Shown here: positions 41,947 through 51,347 of the stretch, piece after piece
Layout: every line of letters starts with the position of its first letter
Position numbering within the stretch: the stretch's first letter is position 1
Origin: Chloroflexota bacterium
GTDB taxonomy: Bacteria > Chloroflexota > Anaerolineae > Anaerolineales > UBA11858
DNA length: 58,452 nucleotides
Reading direction: 5' to 3'
Assembly: GCA_030666985.1 (NCBI GenBank)
Contig: DAOUWT010000001.1
Span: 1-58,452, forward strand
The notes under the pieces: model-generated
The model's input: only the letters and a program-made list of their open reading frames with translations
Database searches by the model: none
What the model was told of the DNA's origin: nothing
Translations under genes and position numbers: made by a program

Positions 41947-42546
41947 ATGAGCAACCAATCATCCCGCGTGGGGCGTGAACGCATCCTTGAAGTAGCGGAA
42001 CAATTGTTCACTGAGCATGGCTACCAGGGAGTTTCTATTCGGAAGATCGCTGACGCTTGTGGGGTCACTAATGCCGCCCTTTATTATCATTTTGATAACA
42101 AAGAAGCTCTCTTCACTGAGGTCATCAAACAACACGCCGCCCGTTTGGGAGCGCGTATGCGCCAGGCGGGGCAGAGCCAGGGTTCCTATCAGGAGCGCGT
42201 TGGCAACATGGCACTGGAATACATGGCCCTCACATCTAACCGGCGCTCGTTGTTCTACCTGCTGCGTCACAAAGCCAAAGACCTCAGCAATGAAAAAACG
42301 CGAGACCGTTTTGGACACGTTTTTAGTAATATGTTAGGGCCTATTGAAGAAGTTCTTCAAGAAGCTATTGCAGCCGGAGAGTTGAAACAACTCCCGGAAA
42401 CTTACTCTGGCACTTCCATTTTGCTGGGCATGCTCCACGGCGTGGGACGTTATCACAAAGTCCGCAGCCAGGCCGACTTAACCGAAGAAGATGTGCGCTT
42501 GATTGTAGATTTATTTTGGAATGGGATGAGAGTACGTGAGGAGTAA
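41947..42546 (+). CDS. TetR/AcrR family transcriptional regulator
   Basis: N-terminal HTH RERILEVAEQLFTEHGYQGVSIRKIADACGVTNAALYYHFDNKEALF. Confidence 0.9.
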   Translation: MSNQSSRVGRERILEVAEQLFTEHGYQGVSIRKIADACGVTNAALYYHFDNKEALFTEVIKQHAARLGARMRQAGQSQGSYQERVGNMALEYMALTSNRRSLFYLLRHKAKDLSNEKTRDRFGHVFSNMLGPIEEVLQEAIAAGELKQLPETYSGTSILLGMLHGVGRYHKVRSQADLTEEDVRLIVDLFWNGMRVREE

Positions 42547-42613
42547 AACGTGAAACGTGATGGGTGACTCAGGATCAATCGTGGCTGCCCTATAACCAAC
42601 AGACATAACGCAA

Positions 42614-42648
42614 AGACGCAGAGAAAAAATTCTCTGCGTCTCTGTTTT
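42614..42648. terminator. Bidirectional rho-independent terminator between convergent tetR and the ABC genes
   Basis: Perfect 11-bp stem AGACGCAGAGA-aaaaat-TCTCTGCGTCT followed by ctgtttt. An A-rich run lies on the other side. Confidence 0.65.
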
Positions 42649-42685
42649 CCTGCTCCCCTAGTCACTAATCCCTGATACCTAATAC

Positions 42686-44668
42686 CTAATCACTGACCAC
42701 TTTCTCAAACTGACTATTATACAACTCCGCATAGAACCCATCTTGCCCCATGAGATCATCGTGTGAGCCTTGCTCCACGATGTTGCCATCCCGCATGACC
42801 AGGATCATATCCGCGCTGCGGATGGTGGAGAGGCGGTGGGCGATGACAAAGCTGGTGCGGCCCTGCATCAACTTGCCCATGGCCTCCTGGATCAGGATTT
42901 CGGTGTGGGTGTCCACGGAGCTGGTGGCCTCATCCAGGATCAACATGGGGGCGTCAGCTAAAAATGCCCGTGCGATGGTTAATAACTGTTTTTGCCCCTG
43001 CGAGATGTTTGTTACCTCTTCATTGAGCATGAAGTCGTAGCCCCCAGGCAGGGTGCGCACAAAGTGGTCTACGTGAGCGGTTTTGGCAGCGGTTATCACA
43101 TCCTCGTTGCCAGCGTCCGTGTTTCCGTAGCAAATGTTTTCAGCAATTGTGCCGTTGAAGAGCCATGTGTCTTGGAGCACCATCCCGAAGAGATGGCGCA
43201 AGTCGGTGCGGGTGAAATCCTTGACATTGTGACCGTCCACCCGGATCGTCCCGCTGTCCACATCGTAGAAGCGCATCAAGAGTTTGACCATGGTGGTCTT
43301 CCCCGCTCCGGTCGGGCCGACAAGGGCGATTTTCTGTCCCGGCTCCACTTGGGCTGAAAAACCCTTGATGACCGGTTTGTCGGCCTCGTAGCTGAAATGT
43401 ACATCCTCGAAGTCAACTTGCCCCCGGACTTTATCTAACTGGACGGGTGATTCTGTCTCGGCGGGTTCCTCTTCCTCACTTAGAAATTCAAAAACGCGCT
43501 CCGCTGCGGCAACGGTGCCTTGCAACACGTTTGAGACGCTTGCCAATTGGGTGATTGGCCGGGTGAACGAACGCACGTATTGGATGAAGGCCTGAATGTC
43601 GCCGACCGTGATCAGGTCTCGGGCGGCCAGCCATCCCCCCAAAATAACGACTGCAACATAACCCAGGTTTCCAATGAAGCGCATAGTGGGCATCATAATA
43701 TGGGAGAAAAATATTGATTTCCAAGCTGAACCATAGAGCGTATTATTATATTCATCAAATTGGGCAATGCTTTTATTCTCACCGTTGAAGGCTTTGACAA
43801 TCACATGCCCTCCAAAAGATTCTTCCACTTGTCCATTGACGTGGCCGAGGTAATCTTGTCGCTGGCGGAAGAATTTTTGCGATTGCTTGATGATAAGCAT
43901 GACTACCATCATCGAGATAGGCACAATTAGCAGGGCAATGATGGTCATTTGCCAACTGATGCTCAACATCATCGCCAACACGCCGAGAACCGTCACCAGC
44001 GAGGTGATGATTTGGGTCAGACTCTGGTTGAGGGTTTGGTTGATGGTGTCTACGTCGTTGGTCAAAATGGAGAGTGTTTCACCGTGCGGTGTCCCGTCAA
44101 AGAAGCGAAAGGGCATGCGGTTGATCTTCTCCATGACCTCTTTGCGTAACTGATATGTCACCTGGACGGCGACTTTGGTCATCAGCCAGCCTTGCAGGTA
44201 ACTGAGCAGCGCGGAGAAGACGTACAATCCCAGGACGTTCAATAAGATATTGCCAATTTTCTCAAAGGGCACATCACCGGTTCCTGTGATTTTGGCCATA
44301 ACACCGTTAAATAATTCGGTGGTGGCGTTGCCCAAGATTTTGGGGCCAACAATGGAGAATACCGTAGAGCCGATGGCTAGTAGAAAAACAGTGCTAATTT
44401 TGGCTTGGTAAGGCTTAAGATAGGCCACCAATTTACGCAGCGTCCCTTTGAAATCGGTTGCTTTTTCAGTCGGGCCGCCAGACATCATGTGCCTGGGGCC
44501 AAAGCCTCGGCGTTGTTTTTTGGGTACTTGGGTAGAAATTGGTTTAGGCGTGTTCTTGGGATTAGGCCTTGCCCCGTCATGAGACATCTTGTGCCCGTGC
44601 CTGCCAAAGCCTTGGCTTTGTTGAGTGGATTTCGGTTTAGGAGTGTTTTTAGAGTTGGCCTTTGTCAT
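42686..44668 (-). CDS. ABC exporter half-transporter (TMD-NBD), consensus-site subunit, with a basic repeat-containing N-terminal extension
   Basis: Walker A GPTGAGKTT, Walker B LILDEATSSVD, H-loop AHRLST, but a degenerate signature ISQGQ. The N-terminus has KNTPKPKSTQ...GFGRH duplicated as KNTPKPISTQ...GFGPRH. ATGA overlap with the upstream gene. Confidence 0.95.
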   Translation of the reverse strand: MTKANSKNTPKPKSTQQSQGFGRHGHKMSHDGARPNPKNTPKPISTQVPKKQRRGFGPRHMMSGGPTEKATDFKGTLRKLVAYLKPYQAKISTVFLLAIGSTVFSIVGPKILGNATTELFNGVMAKITGTGDVPFEKIGNILLNVLGLYVFSALLSYLQGWLMTKVAVQVTYQLRKEVMEKINRMPFRFFDGTPHGETLSILTNDVDTINQTLNQSLTQIITSLVTVLGVLAMMLSISWQMTIIALLIVPISMMVVMLIIKQSQKFFRQRQDYLGHVNGQVEESFGGHVIVKAFNGENKSIAQFDEYNNTLYGSAWKSIFFSHIMMPTMRFIGNLGYVAVVILGGWLAARDLITVGDIQAFIQYVRSFTRPITQLASVSNVLQGTVAAAERVFEFLSEEEEPAETESPVQLDKVRGQVDFEDVHFSYEADKPVIKGFSAQVEPGQKIALVGPTGAGKTTMVKLLMRFYDVDSGTIRVDGHNVKDFTRTDLRHLFGMVLQDTWLFNGTIAENICYGNTDAGNEDVITAAKTAHVDHFVRTLPGGYDFMLNEEVTNISQGQKQLLTIARAFLADAPMLILDEATSSVDTHTEILIQEAMGKLMQGRTSFVIAHRLSTIRSADMILVMRDGNIVEQGSHDDLMGQDGFYAELYNSQFEKVVSD

Positions 44669-46908
44669 GCCAGGGCCTCCTGTTTTAATTGTGAGAGGGC
44701 AATTTCACGATAAACATCGCAGGATTGCATTAAGTCTTGATGTGTGCCTTTGCCAATCAAGCGTCCTTCATCGAGAACGAGAATTTTGCCGGCGTTTTTG
44801 ATGGTCGCCACCCGCTGCGAGACGATGAATATTGTGCTGCCGCCCAAGTGTTTTATCAAGGCGCGGCGCAGTCGGGCATCGGTTTTGTAATCTAGGGCAG
44901 AGAAGCTGTCGTCAAATATGTAAATGGGGGATTTCTTGACCAAAGCGCGGGCAATTGTTAAACGCTGTTTCTGCCCGCCGGAGAAGTTTATCCCGCCTTG
45001 GGAGACTTCCGCCTGAATTTCCTCGGGCGTGGAGAAAACAAAATCCCCCGCCTGGGCAATTTCCAAGGCCTGGTGCAAGGTCTCTTCGTCGGCGTCTTCG
45101 CTTGCAAAACGCAGGTTGCTTTCGACTGTCCCCGTGAAGAGGTTGCTGGTTTGCGGCACGTAGCCAATCACCTCGCGCAACTCGCTGAGCGGCAGGTCGC
45201 GGACGTCTGTTCCATTGACCAGTATCTGGCCCTTGGTCACGTCAAAAAAGCGGGGGATCAAGTCAACGACTGTAGATTTCCCGGAGCCGGTCGTCCCCAT
45301 TATGCCCACCGTTTGCCCCGCCTCAACTTTGAATGAGATATTATGCAGCACATCGCTTTCTGCTTTTGGATAGCGGGAAGATACGCTGCGAAATTCTATA
45401 GTCGGTTGGAATGGTTCGGGGAAGTGTTTTGGCTCTTTGGGGTCGAGAATGGTGATATCGGTTTCTAGGACATCGGCAATGCGGTTGGCAGAGACATCGG
45501 CTCTAGGGTACGTAATGAAGAGCATTGAGAGCATCATAAAGGCAAAGACGACCTGGATGGCATATTGCATAAAAGCCATCATGTCACCCACCTGCATTTG
45601 CGCCTGCGCGACTTCGTGCGACCCAATCCAAAGGATGAGCATGGTAGCGCCGTTCATTATCAGCATCATAAATGGCATGACGATTACAAAGACCCGGCTG
45701 ATAAAAAGATTGGTGTCTGTTAAGTCTTGGTTGGCGGAGTTGAAGCGTTTTTCTTCACCTTTTTCGCGTCCAAAAGCACGTACCACCATCATCCCGGTCA
45801 GGTTTTCGCGGGCAATCAGGTTAAGACGGTCAATTAACTGCTGAATAATTTTGAATTTTGGCCCGGCCACCGAAAAAATTGTCGCGATCATGCTCAAGAG
45901 TACCGCGACTGCCAGAGCAATAATCCACCACATGGAGGGACTTTTATCCAGTGCATGAAAGATGGCGCCAATGCCAATGATGGGGGCAAAGAACATCATC
46001 CGCACCAGCATAGTGGTCACAGATTGAATTTGGGTGATGTCGTTGGTAGAACGGGTGATCAGTGAGGCCGTGGAGAAACGGCTGAACTCCGTTCCCGAAA
46101 AACGCAGCACGTGTTCGTAAAGTGCCCGGCGCAGGTCACGCGCCACCCCGGCGGCGACACGCGCACTCAGCAGCCCCACGGTGATAGTTGCCACGGCGGA
46201 GACCAGCGCGATCAGGAGCATGATTCCGCCCACGTGCAAGATGTAGTCCCGCTGGATGGCGGCTGTATCTATCCCCAGGGATTCGTATTCTGCCAACACG
46301 GCGCGGGATGCTGCCATGCGGATGGCACGTTCTCCCCCCAGGGCTTCAAATCTCTCATCTAACGCGGTGCTTATTTGGGATTTCTGGGATTCTGGCATCA
46401 TTTCCATGGCACTGAAAATATCCATCCCCGCTGGCAGCTTAGAGAGATCAAACCCTCCGCTGAGGAAGAGCATATCCGCCTGGTCGGGATTCTCGCTTAT
46501 TTGCTGAATCCCAAAGGAGATCAGTAACGGCTTGCTAAGAATAGCCTCTAGGCTGGCGCGGGTTTCCGCATCTACCTCTTGGAGCACGTAGACAGCCTCG
46601 TCTGCCAGGGCGGGGTAATCCTCCAGGTAAGATTCGTAATCGGGAGAATTGGCGTCAATTAGGGTATAGTTTGCCAGTACATCCGATTCTTCCTCGGCGG
46701 TCATGAAAATGCCGGTGTGCTCGAGCGTGGACTGCCTGGCAGCCTCCGGCAGGGGACTATCAACGCCGTTTTGCTGGATGCCCACATTGACGATGTCGGC
46801 CATATAGTCGGGCAGGGCCAAGTCGGCGTTGGCTTGGACGAACAGCAGGACGATGGCGGCAATTAGTAATAGTGAAAAAGGTTTGTAATACTTGAGAATT
46901 CGTCTCAT
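44665..46908 (-). CDS. ABC exporter half-transporter (TMD-NBD), degenerate-site subunit, with a ~190-aa extracytoplasmic insert between TM1 and TM2
   Basis: Walker A GTTGSGKST, signature FSGGQ, Walker B IYIFDDSFSALD (Asp replaces the catalytic Glu), H-loop position VSQR (Gln replaces His). Confidence 0.95.
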   Translation of the reverse strand: MRRILKYYKPFSLLLIAAIVLLFVQANADLALPDYMADIVNVGIQQNGVDSPLPEAARQSTLEHTGIFMTAEEESDVLANYTLIDANSPDYESYLEDYPALADEAVYVLQEVDAETRASLEAILSKPLLISFGIQQISENPDQADMLFLSGGFDLSKLPAGMDIFSAMEMMPESQKSQISTALDERFEALGGERAIRMAASRAVLAEYESLGIDTAAIQRDYILHVGGIMLLIALVSAVATITVGLLSARVAAGVARDLRRALYEHVLRFSGTEFSRFSTASLITRSTNDITQIQSVTTMLVRMMFFAPIIGIGAIFHALDKSPSMWWIIALAVAVLLSMIATIFSVAGPKFKIIQQLIDRLNLIARENLTGMMVVRAFGREKGEEKRFNSANQDLTDTNLFISRVFVIVMPFMMLIMNGATMLILWIGSHEVAQAQMQVGDMMAFMQYAIQVVFAFMMLSMLFITYPRADVSANRIADVLETDITILDPKEPKHFPEPFQPTIEFRSVSSRYPKAESDVLHNISFKVEAGQTVGIMGTTGSGKSTVVDLIPRFFDVTKGQILVNGTDVRDLPLSELREVIGYVPQTSNLFTGTVESNLRFASEDADEETLHQALEIAQAGDFVFSTPEEIQAEVSQGGINFSGGQKQRLTIARALVKKSPIYIFDDSFSALDYKTDARLRRALIKHLGGSTIFIVSQRVATIKNAGKILVLDEGRLIGKGTHQDLMQSCDVYREIALSQLKQEALA

Positions 46909-46923
46909 TAGCTTTGCTCCGTA

Positions 46924-46964
46924 AGTGAATGGTGAATGGTAAATTGCGAATGGTAAATTATAAA
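46924..46964. repeat. Tandem GAATGGT(G/A)AAT-type repeat (left arm)
   Basis: gtgaatggtgaatggtaaattgcgaatggtaaattataaac. The inverse partner is at 47200-47238, and the same word family recurs at 51573-51612. Confidence 0.8.
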
Positions 46965-47022
46965 CTGGGATGATTCATTTTGAGCTAGAAGTTAGTTGAC
47001 ACTTTTTTCTTATTAACCACAT

Positions 47023-47129
47023 GTCATTGCGAACCCCCGTTTTTTTGGGGTGTGGCAATCTCCCTGATCGCAGAGTATTTGTGTTAACCGGGAGACTGCC
47101 ACGTCACACAAAACGTTCCTCGCAGTGAC
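47023..47129. repeat. Long imperfect palindrome between marR and the ABC operon
   Basis: GTCATTGCGA...TGGCAATCTCCC (47023-47064) pairs with GGGAGACTGCCA...TCGCAGTGAC (47090-47129). Confidence 0.75.
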
Positions 47130-47199
47130 ATATTGATTTGGAAGTGTACACTTAATTGTGAACCATCCCTGTAAACGCGGCGAATTTATGGCAACAATC

Positions 47200-47238
47200 A
47201 TTTACAATTCATAATTCACCATTTACCATTTACAATTT
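47200..47238. repeat. Tandem ATTTACCATT-type repeat (right arm, inverse of 46924-46964)
   Basis: atttacaattcataattcaccatttaccatttacaattt. Confidence 0.8.
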
Positions 47239-47243
47239 GTTTT

Positions 47244-47702
47244 TCAGCTTTTCTCCATGTCAGTGATTTTCTCTGTCAATAAACGAAATGCAGATTCTAT
47301 TTGGGTCTGTTCTTCCGGCATCAGGTGGGCGGCCAAATCTTCCAACCAAGTTTGTTTGGCCTGCATACTTTTTTTGAGCATCTCCTCTCCTTTCGGCGTC
47401 AACAAAATTTGCTTGCTGCGCCTATCGTGGGGATTTTCTTGACGCTCTACCAGTCCTTGATCCACCAATTTGTCGAGCGATTGACTGACAGCGGCATTCG
47501 TCACTCCCAGCCAGCCACTAATATCTGAGATGCTGCAACCTTTGGCAGGGTCTTGATGGTAGATGTGCCTTAAGGTAATCATTTGGGCCATCGAAAAACC
47601 TTGTTCCTTGGCAAAACGCCAAAGATGGTGCATAGATAAGTGCCTAACCTGGCACATAGTTAGTCGCACAGCTTCTTGAAAGGATTTTGAGGAATCGGAC
47701 AT
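47244..47702 (-). CDS. MarR family transcriptional regulator
   Basis: wHTH ISDISGWLGVTNAAVSQSLDKLVDQGLVERQENPHDRRSKQILLTPKGEE. 152 aa. Confidence 0.9.
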   Translation of the reverse strand: MSDSSKSFQEAVRLTMCQVRHLSMHHLWRFAKEQGFSMAQMITLRHIYHQDPAKGCSISDISGWLGVTNAAVSQSLDKLVDQGLVERQENPHDRRSKQILLTPKGEEMLKKSMQAKQTWLEDLAAHLMPEEQTQIESAFRLLTEKITDMEKS

Positions 47703-47730
47703 TGTTTCACCTCGCTAAGTAATTAAGCAG

Positions 47731-47764
47731 GCTTATATAATAAGCGGTGTTAGGTATTTGTCAA
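47731..47764 (-). promoter_or_regulatory. marR promoter candidate with an overlapping palindrome (possible MarR operator)
   Basis: The minus strand has TTGACA (47764-47759), followed ~17-19 nt later by an A/T-rich -10 region. That region contains the perfect 6-3-6 palindrome GCTTAT-ata-ATAAGC (47731-47745). Confidence 0.4.
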
Positions 47765-47769
47765 GAGGG

Positions 47770-47990
47770 GAGGGTGATGAGGAACTAGGTACTCGTGACT
47801 AGTGATTAGGGAACTAGGAATCAGGAAATCAGGGAGTAGGTAACGAGGTGACGAGGAGACAAGCTCCCCCAAAGCATGCCCTGAGCATGCGAAGGGTCTG
47901 GGGCCGGGGGGCGATGAGTTAGGAGGGCAGGAAATCAGGGAAACAGGGCATCAGGAGAACCAATACCCAATATCTAATATCCAATTTCCC
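47770..47990. repeat. Patchwork of short tandem words (GGAACTAGG, AATCAGG, GTGACGAGG, ATATCYAAT)
   Basis: gaggaactaggtactcgtgactagtgattagggaactaggaatcaggaaatcaggg... and ggcaggaaatcagggaaacagggcatcagg...caatacccaatatctaatatccaat. Words are inverted relative to 42658-42695. Confidence 0.8.
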
Positions 47991-48072
47991 CCCCCACCAA
48001 CTTCACTGAATTGTTTTGCGCTAAATCCGCAATGCCATTGTGTATTTAGTGTAGTTGTGCTATCATGTTTTT

Positions 48073-49221
48073 ATGATTACTCGCTCAATCACTTCCAAAG
48101 TTTTAGAATTATCGCGTAAATTCCCTGTGGTCGCGATTACAGGTCCCAGGCAATCTGGGAAAACGACTTTGATCAGAAATATCTTTCCTGATTATCATTA
48201 TTTTAATTTAGAAAATCCCATGAAACGTAACTTTGCTCTTGAAGACCCTCAAGGCTTTTTGGCGCAAAGTAAAAAAATGGTCATAGATGAAGTTCAGCGT
48301 GTGCCTGAACTGTTTTCCTATATTCAGGTGATGGTTGATGATGACCCTGAACTTAAGTTTATCATTTCTGGTTCTCAAAATTTCTCGTTAAATGAAAAAA
48401 TCTCACAAACTTTAGCGGGTAGAGTGGCAAAATTTGTTTTATTGCCTTTTTCTTTGCGAGAATTAAAAGATACAAATTATTATTTTGATGATTATAGGGA
48501 GTTTTTGATTTCAGGCTTTTATCCGCGTATTTATGATCACCAGTTAAATCCCGCAGACTGGTATCCTAACTATGTCGAAACCTATATTGAACGTGATGTA
48601 ACTTCACTGCTTAATATAGCCCAAAAAGATAGATTTGTTGATTTTGTGACCAGTTGTGCGGCAAATGTCGGGAACGTGATCAATTATACGGGTTTGGCAA
48701 ATAGTGTTGGGATTTCGCCAAATACTGCAAAATCTTGGTTATCTATTTTGAATCAGAGCTATTTGGTTTTTACGCTTAAGCCTTATTTCAAAAATATAAA
48801 AAAGCAGTTGCGTAAATCACCCAAATTATATTTTTATGATATGGGTATTTTGGCTTATTTTTTAGGGATTAAAAATATAGCTGATTATAAGCGGCATTAT
48901 TTAAAAGGACAAATTTTTGAAAATTTCATCATCGGTGAAGCCCTCAAAAAAAACTTAAATCAATATACACACAAGAAATTCTTTTATCTGCGCGATAAGG
49001 CTGGGCATGAGGTAGATTTAGTTTATGAGGATGAGGGTAAATTAAATCTGGTAGAAATCAAATCGGGGCAAACTTATCAGCGTGGAATGAGTAAAAATTT
49101 GCTTTATTATCAATCCTTGCTAAATGTAGAAACTAATAATTTTGTGCTATACGATGGGAAAGAAAAGCAAAGCAGAAGTGACTTTAATTTATTGCCCTGG
49201 CGAGAATGGATTTTCAGATAA
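48073..49221 (+). CDS. AAA-type ATPase with DUF4143-like C-terminal domain (COG1373-like)
   Basis: Walker A ITGPRQSGKTT, Walker B MVIDEVQ, and the length and layout typical of AAA_14+DUF4143 proteins. It is visibly AT-rich relative to its neighbours. I place the start at ATG 48073. Confidence 0.8.
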   Translation: MITRSITSKVLELSRKFPVVAITGPRQSGKTTLIRNIFPDYHYFNLENPMKRNFALEDPQGFLAQSKKMVIDEVQRVPELFSYIQVMVDDDPELKFIISGSQNFSLNEKISQTLAGRVAKFVLLPFSLRELKDTNYYFDDYREFLISGFYPRIYDHQLNPADWYPNYVETYIERDVTSLLNIAQKDRFVDFVTSCAANVGNVINYTGLANSVGISPNTAKSWLSILNQSYLVFTLKPYFKNIKKQLRKSPKLYFYDMGILAYFLGIKNIADYKRHYLKGQIFENFIIGEALKKNLNQYTHKKFFYLRDKAGHEVDLVYEDEGKLNLVEIKSGQTYQRGMSKNLLYYQSLLNVETNNFVLYDGKEKQSRSDFNLLPWREWIFR

Positions 49222-49291
49222 AAATGCTCCACCCACAAAACAGCACTGTGAAACGATACCCTATTTGACAATTACGGCATTAACTATTTGA

Positions 49292-49365
49292 TTACCCGAC
49301 TACTTGACCAACGACTATCAGACTACCGACTACCCGACTAACGACTACTAGACTATCGGACTAAC
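49292..49365. repeat. Octamer-like tandem repeat (CGACTACN)n
   Basis: ttacccgactacttgaccaacgactatcagactaccgactacccgactaacgactactagactatcggactaac runs right up to ATG 49366. Confidence 0.85.
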
Positions 49366-50265
49366 ATGACTATTCACACCCTTGACCTCCAATTCCAAAA
49401 CATTCCCAATGCCATAGCCGCCTACCTCATCCCACACCGGCGCGGAGCAGTGCTAATAGAGTGCGGGCCAGGTTCCACCCTGCCGGTTCTGCAAGACGCT
49501 CTCGCGGAGCACGGCCTCACCCCCAGCGACATCACCGACGTGCTGGTGACGCACATCCACCTCGACCATGCCGGCTCGGCGGGATGGTGGGCCATGCAGG
49601 GCGCCCGCATCCACGTCCACCACTTTGGCGCGACCCACATGATTGATCCCTCTCGATTGCTAAAGAGCGCAACCCGCATCTACGGCGACCAAATGGACGC
49701 TCTGTGGGGGGAGTACCTCCCTGTCCCCGAAGCGCAAATCCACAAGTTGCACGACAACGATGAGATCAAAATAGAAGGCCTGACCTTCCACGCCCTGGAT
49801 ATACCTGGACACGCCCGCCATCATATTGTCTATCATTTCGAAGATATTTGCTTCACCGGTGACGTGGGCGGGATCCGCGTCCCCGTGCCGGGAGAACACC
49901 TCCACGTGCGCATCCCGGCCGTGCCACCGGAATTCCACCTGGAATCTTGGCGGGAAAGCATGCAACGTTTGAACCAGGTTGATTTCCAGCGCATCGCCCC
50001 CACTCACTTCGGCATCTACGACGACGCTAAAGAGCACATCGCCGCTGTGATGCGTGGGCTAGACGACCTGGAAGCCTGGATGGAGGAAGTCTTCCCCGCC
50101 GACCCCAGCCCCGAAGAGGCGCGAGCAAAATTCCAGGATTGGCTTGAGGTTCAATCTCAAAAAGCTGGCCTAAGTGACAAGTACGTGGCCGCCTACGAAG
50201 CCGCTATCCCTACCTCCATGACAGCAGACGGCGTGCGGCGGTATTGGCGTAAATTTCGCTCTTGA
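49366..50265 (+). CDS. MBL-fold metallo-hydrolase
   Basis: HxHxDH motif THIHLDHAG, plus downstream His/Asp ligands (IPGHARHH, PTHF). Confidence 0.9.
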   Translation: MTIHTLDLQFQNIPNAIAAYLIPHRRGAVLIECGPGSTLPVLQDALAEHGLTPSDITDVLVTHIHLDHAGSAGWWAMQGARIHVHHFGATHMIDPSRLLKSATRIYGDQMDALWGEYLPVPEAQIHKLHDNDEIKIEGLTFHALDIPGHARHHIVYHFEDICFTGDVGGIRVPVPGEHLHVRIPAVPPEFHLESWRESMQRLNQVDFQRIAPTHFGIYDDAKEHIAAVMRGLDDLEAWMEEVFPADPSPEEARAKFQDWLEVQSQKAGLSDKYVAAYEAAIPTSMTADGVRRYWRKFRS

Positions 50266-50417
50266 TGATGCTAAATCGATTGGAAATCGACCCTGTTCTG
50301 CGAAACCGACCTTCGTCGGTTGGTGTTAGCGAAGCGGCATAATCCACGCAGGTGGATTTTGCAAATCAGCCTCGAATTGATTCGAGACCTTGAATTGATT
50401 CGAGACCCCAAAGAAAA

Positions 50418-51293
50418 GTGAGTACTCATATGGACATAACCTTAGCTCTGGGTGGCGGAGGCGCTAAAGGCAATGCGCATCTTGGAGTCCTGAGAGCTTT
50501 AGAGCGAGAGGGCTTTCGCATCCGAGCCGTAGCTGGAACGAGCGCGGGAGGGATGACGGCTGCTATATACGCGGCTGGATACAGCCCACAGGAAATTATT
50601 GATATTTTTAGCGAAATTGATCAAGGGGGTTTATACAGCTTTGGGCGCGGGCCTGCCCTGCTTGGTATAACGGGCATTGTTCAGGCTTTGCATAAATTTA
50701 TTGATGAGGAGACTTTTGCAGATTTACGTATCCCTTGTGCTCTGGCCGCCGTGGATATTGTATCTATGCAAGAAGTGGTTTTGCAAGAAGGGCGAGTATT
50801 GGACGCTGTGATGTCTACCATCGCAATTCCAGGCGTTTTCCCTCCCCATGAGTGGGGTGAGCGCCGGTTGGTAGATGGGGGAGTCCTTGATCCCGTTCCG
50901 GTGGAAATAGCTCGTTCTCTGGCCCCTAATTTGCCCGTTGTAGCTGTTAGCTTGTCTCCGCTCCCGGAGCAGTGGTCTCAACTCCCGGCCCCTAAGATCA
51001 TCCCAGAGACACCCATTTTAAAGCCTATTGCTAACTTGCGGGTAGCCCAAGCCTTTGATATTTTCATCCGTTCCCTTGAAATGGGCTCATATATGTTGGC
51101 TCACACTCGGCTAAAACTGGAAAAACCTGATGTCATAATTCGTCCCCGGGCAGAAGATATAGGCTTTTTAGACAAGGTGGATGTTGTAGACTTGGCCGCC
51201 CGTGGAGATGCTGCCGTGCAGGAAGCTCTTCCCCAGCTTCGGCGTGCGGTTGCGACTGGCTGGCGCGGGAAACTTAGACGTTGGTTTACGTGA
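50418..51293 (+). CDS. Patatin-like phospholipase
   Basis: GGGGAKG oxyanion motif, GTSAG nucleophile elbow, DGG catalytic Asp motif (LVDGGVLDPVP). The start may instead be ATG 50430. Confidence 0.9.
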   Translation: MSTHMDITLALGGGGAKGNAHLGVLRALEREGFRIRAVAGTSAGGMTAAIYAAGYSPQEIIDIFSEIDQGGLYSFGRGPALLGITGIVQALHKFIDEETFADLRIPCALAAVDIVSMQEVVLQEGRVLDAVMSTIAIPGVFPPHEWGERRLVDGGVLDPVPVEIARSLAPNLPVVAVSLSPLPEQWSQLPAPKIIPETPILKPIANLRVAQAFDIFIRSLEMGSYMLAHTRLKLEKPDVIIRPRAEDIGFLDKVDVVDLAARGDAAVQEALPQLRRAVATGWRGKLRRWFT

Positions 51294-51347
51294 GAGTGTG
51301 CGAGTTGGCGAGTGGCGGGTTAGGAACTTAGATGACGAGGTGATAAG

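Noticed and set aside
47013-47201. 62-aa minus-strand ORF between the ABC operon and marR
   Set aside because: It coincides exactly with the 107-nt imperfect palindrome, so its sequence (…GDCHTPKKRGFAMT…) is the read-through of a structured repeat and not a gene-like composition.
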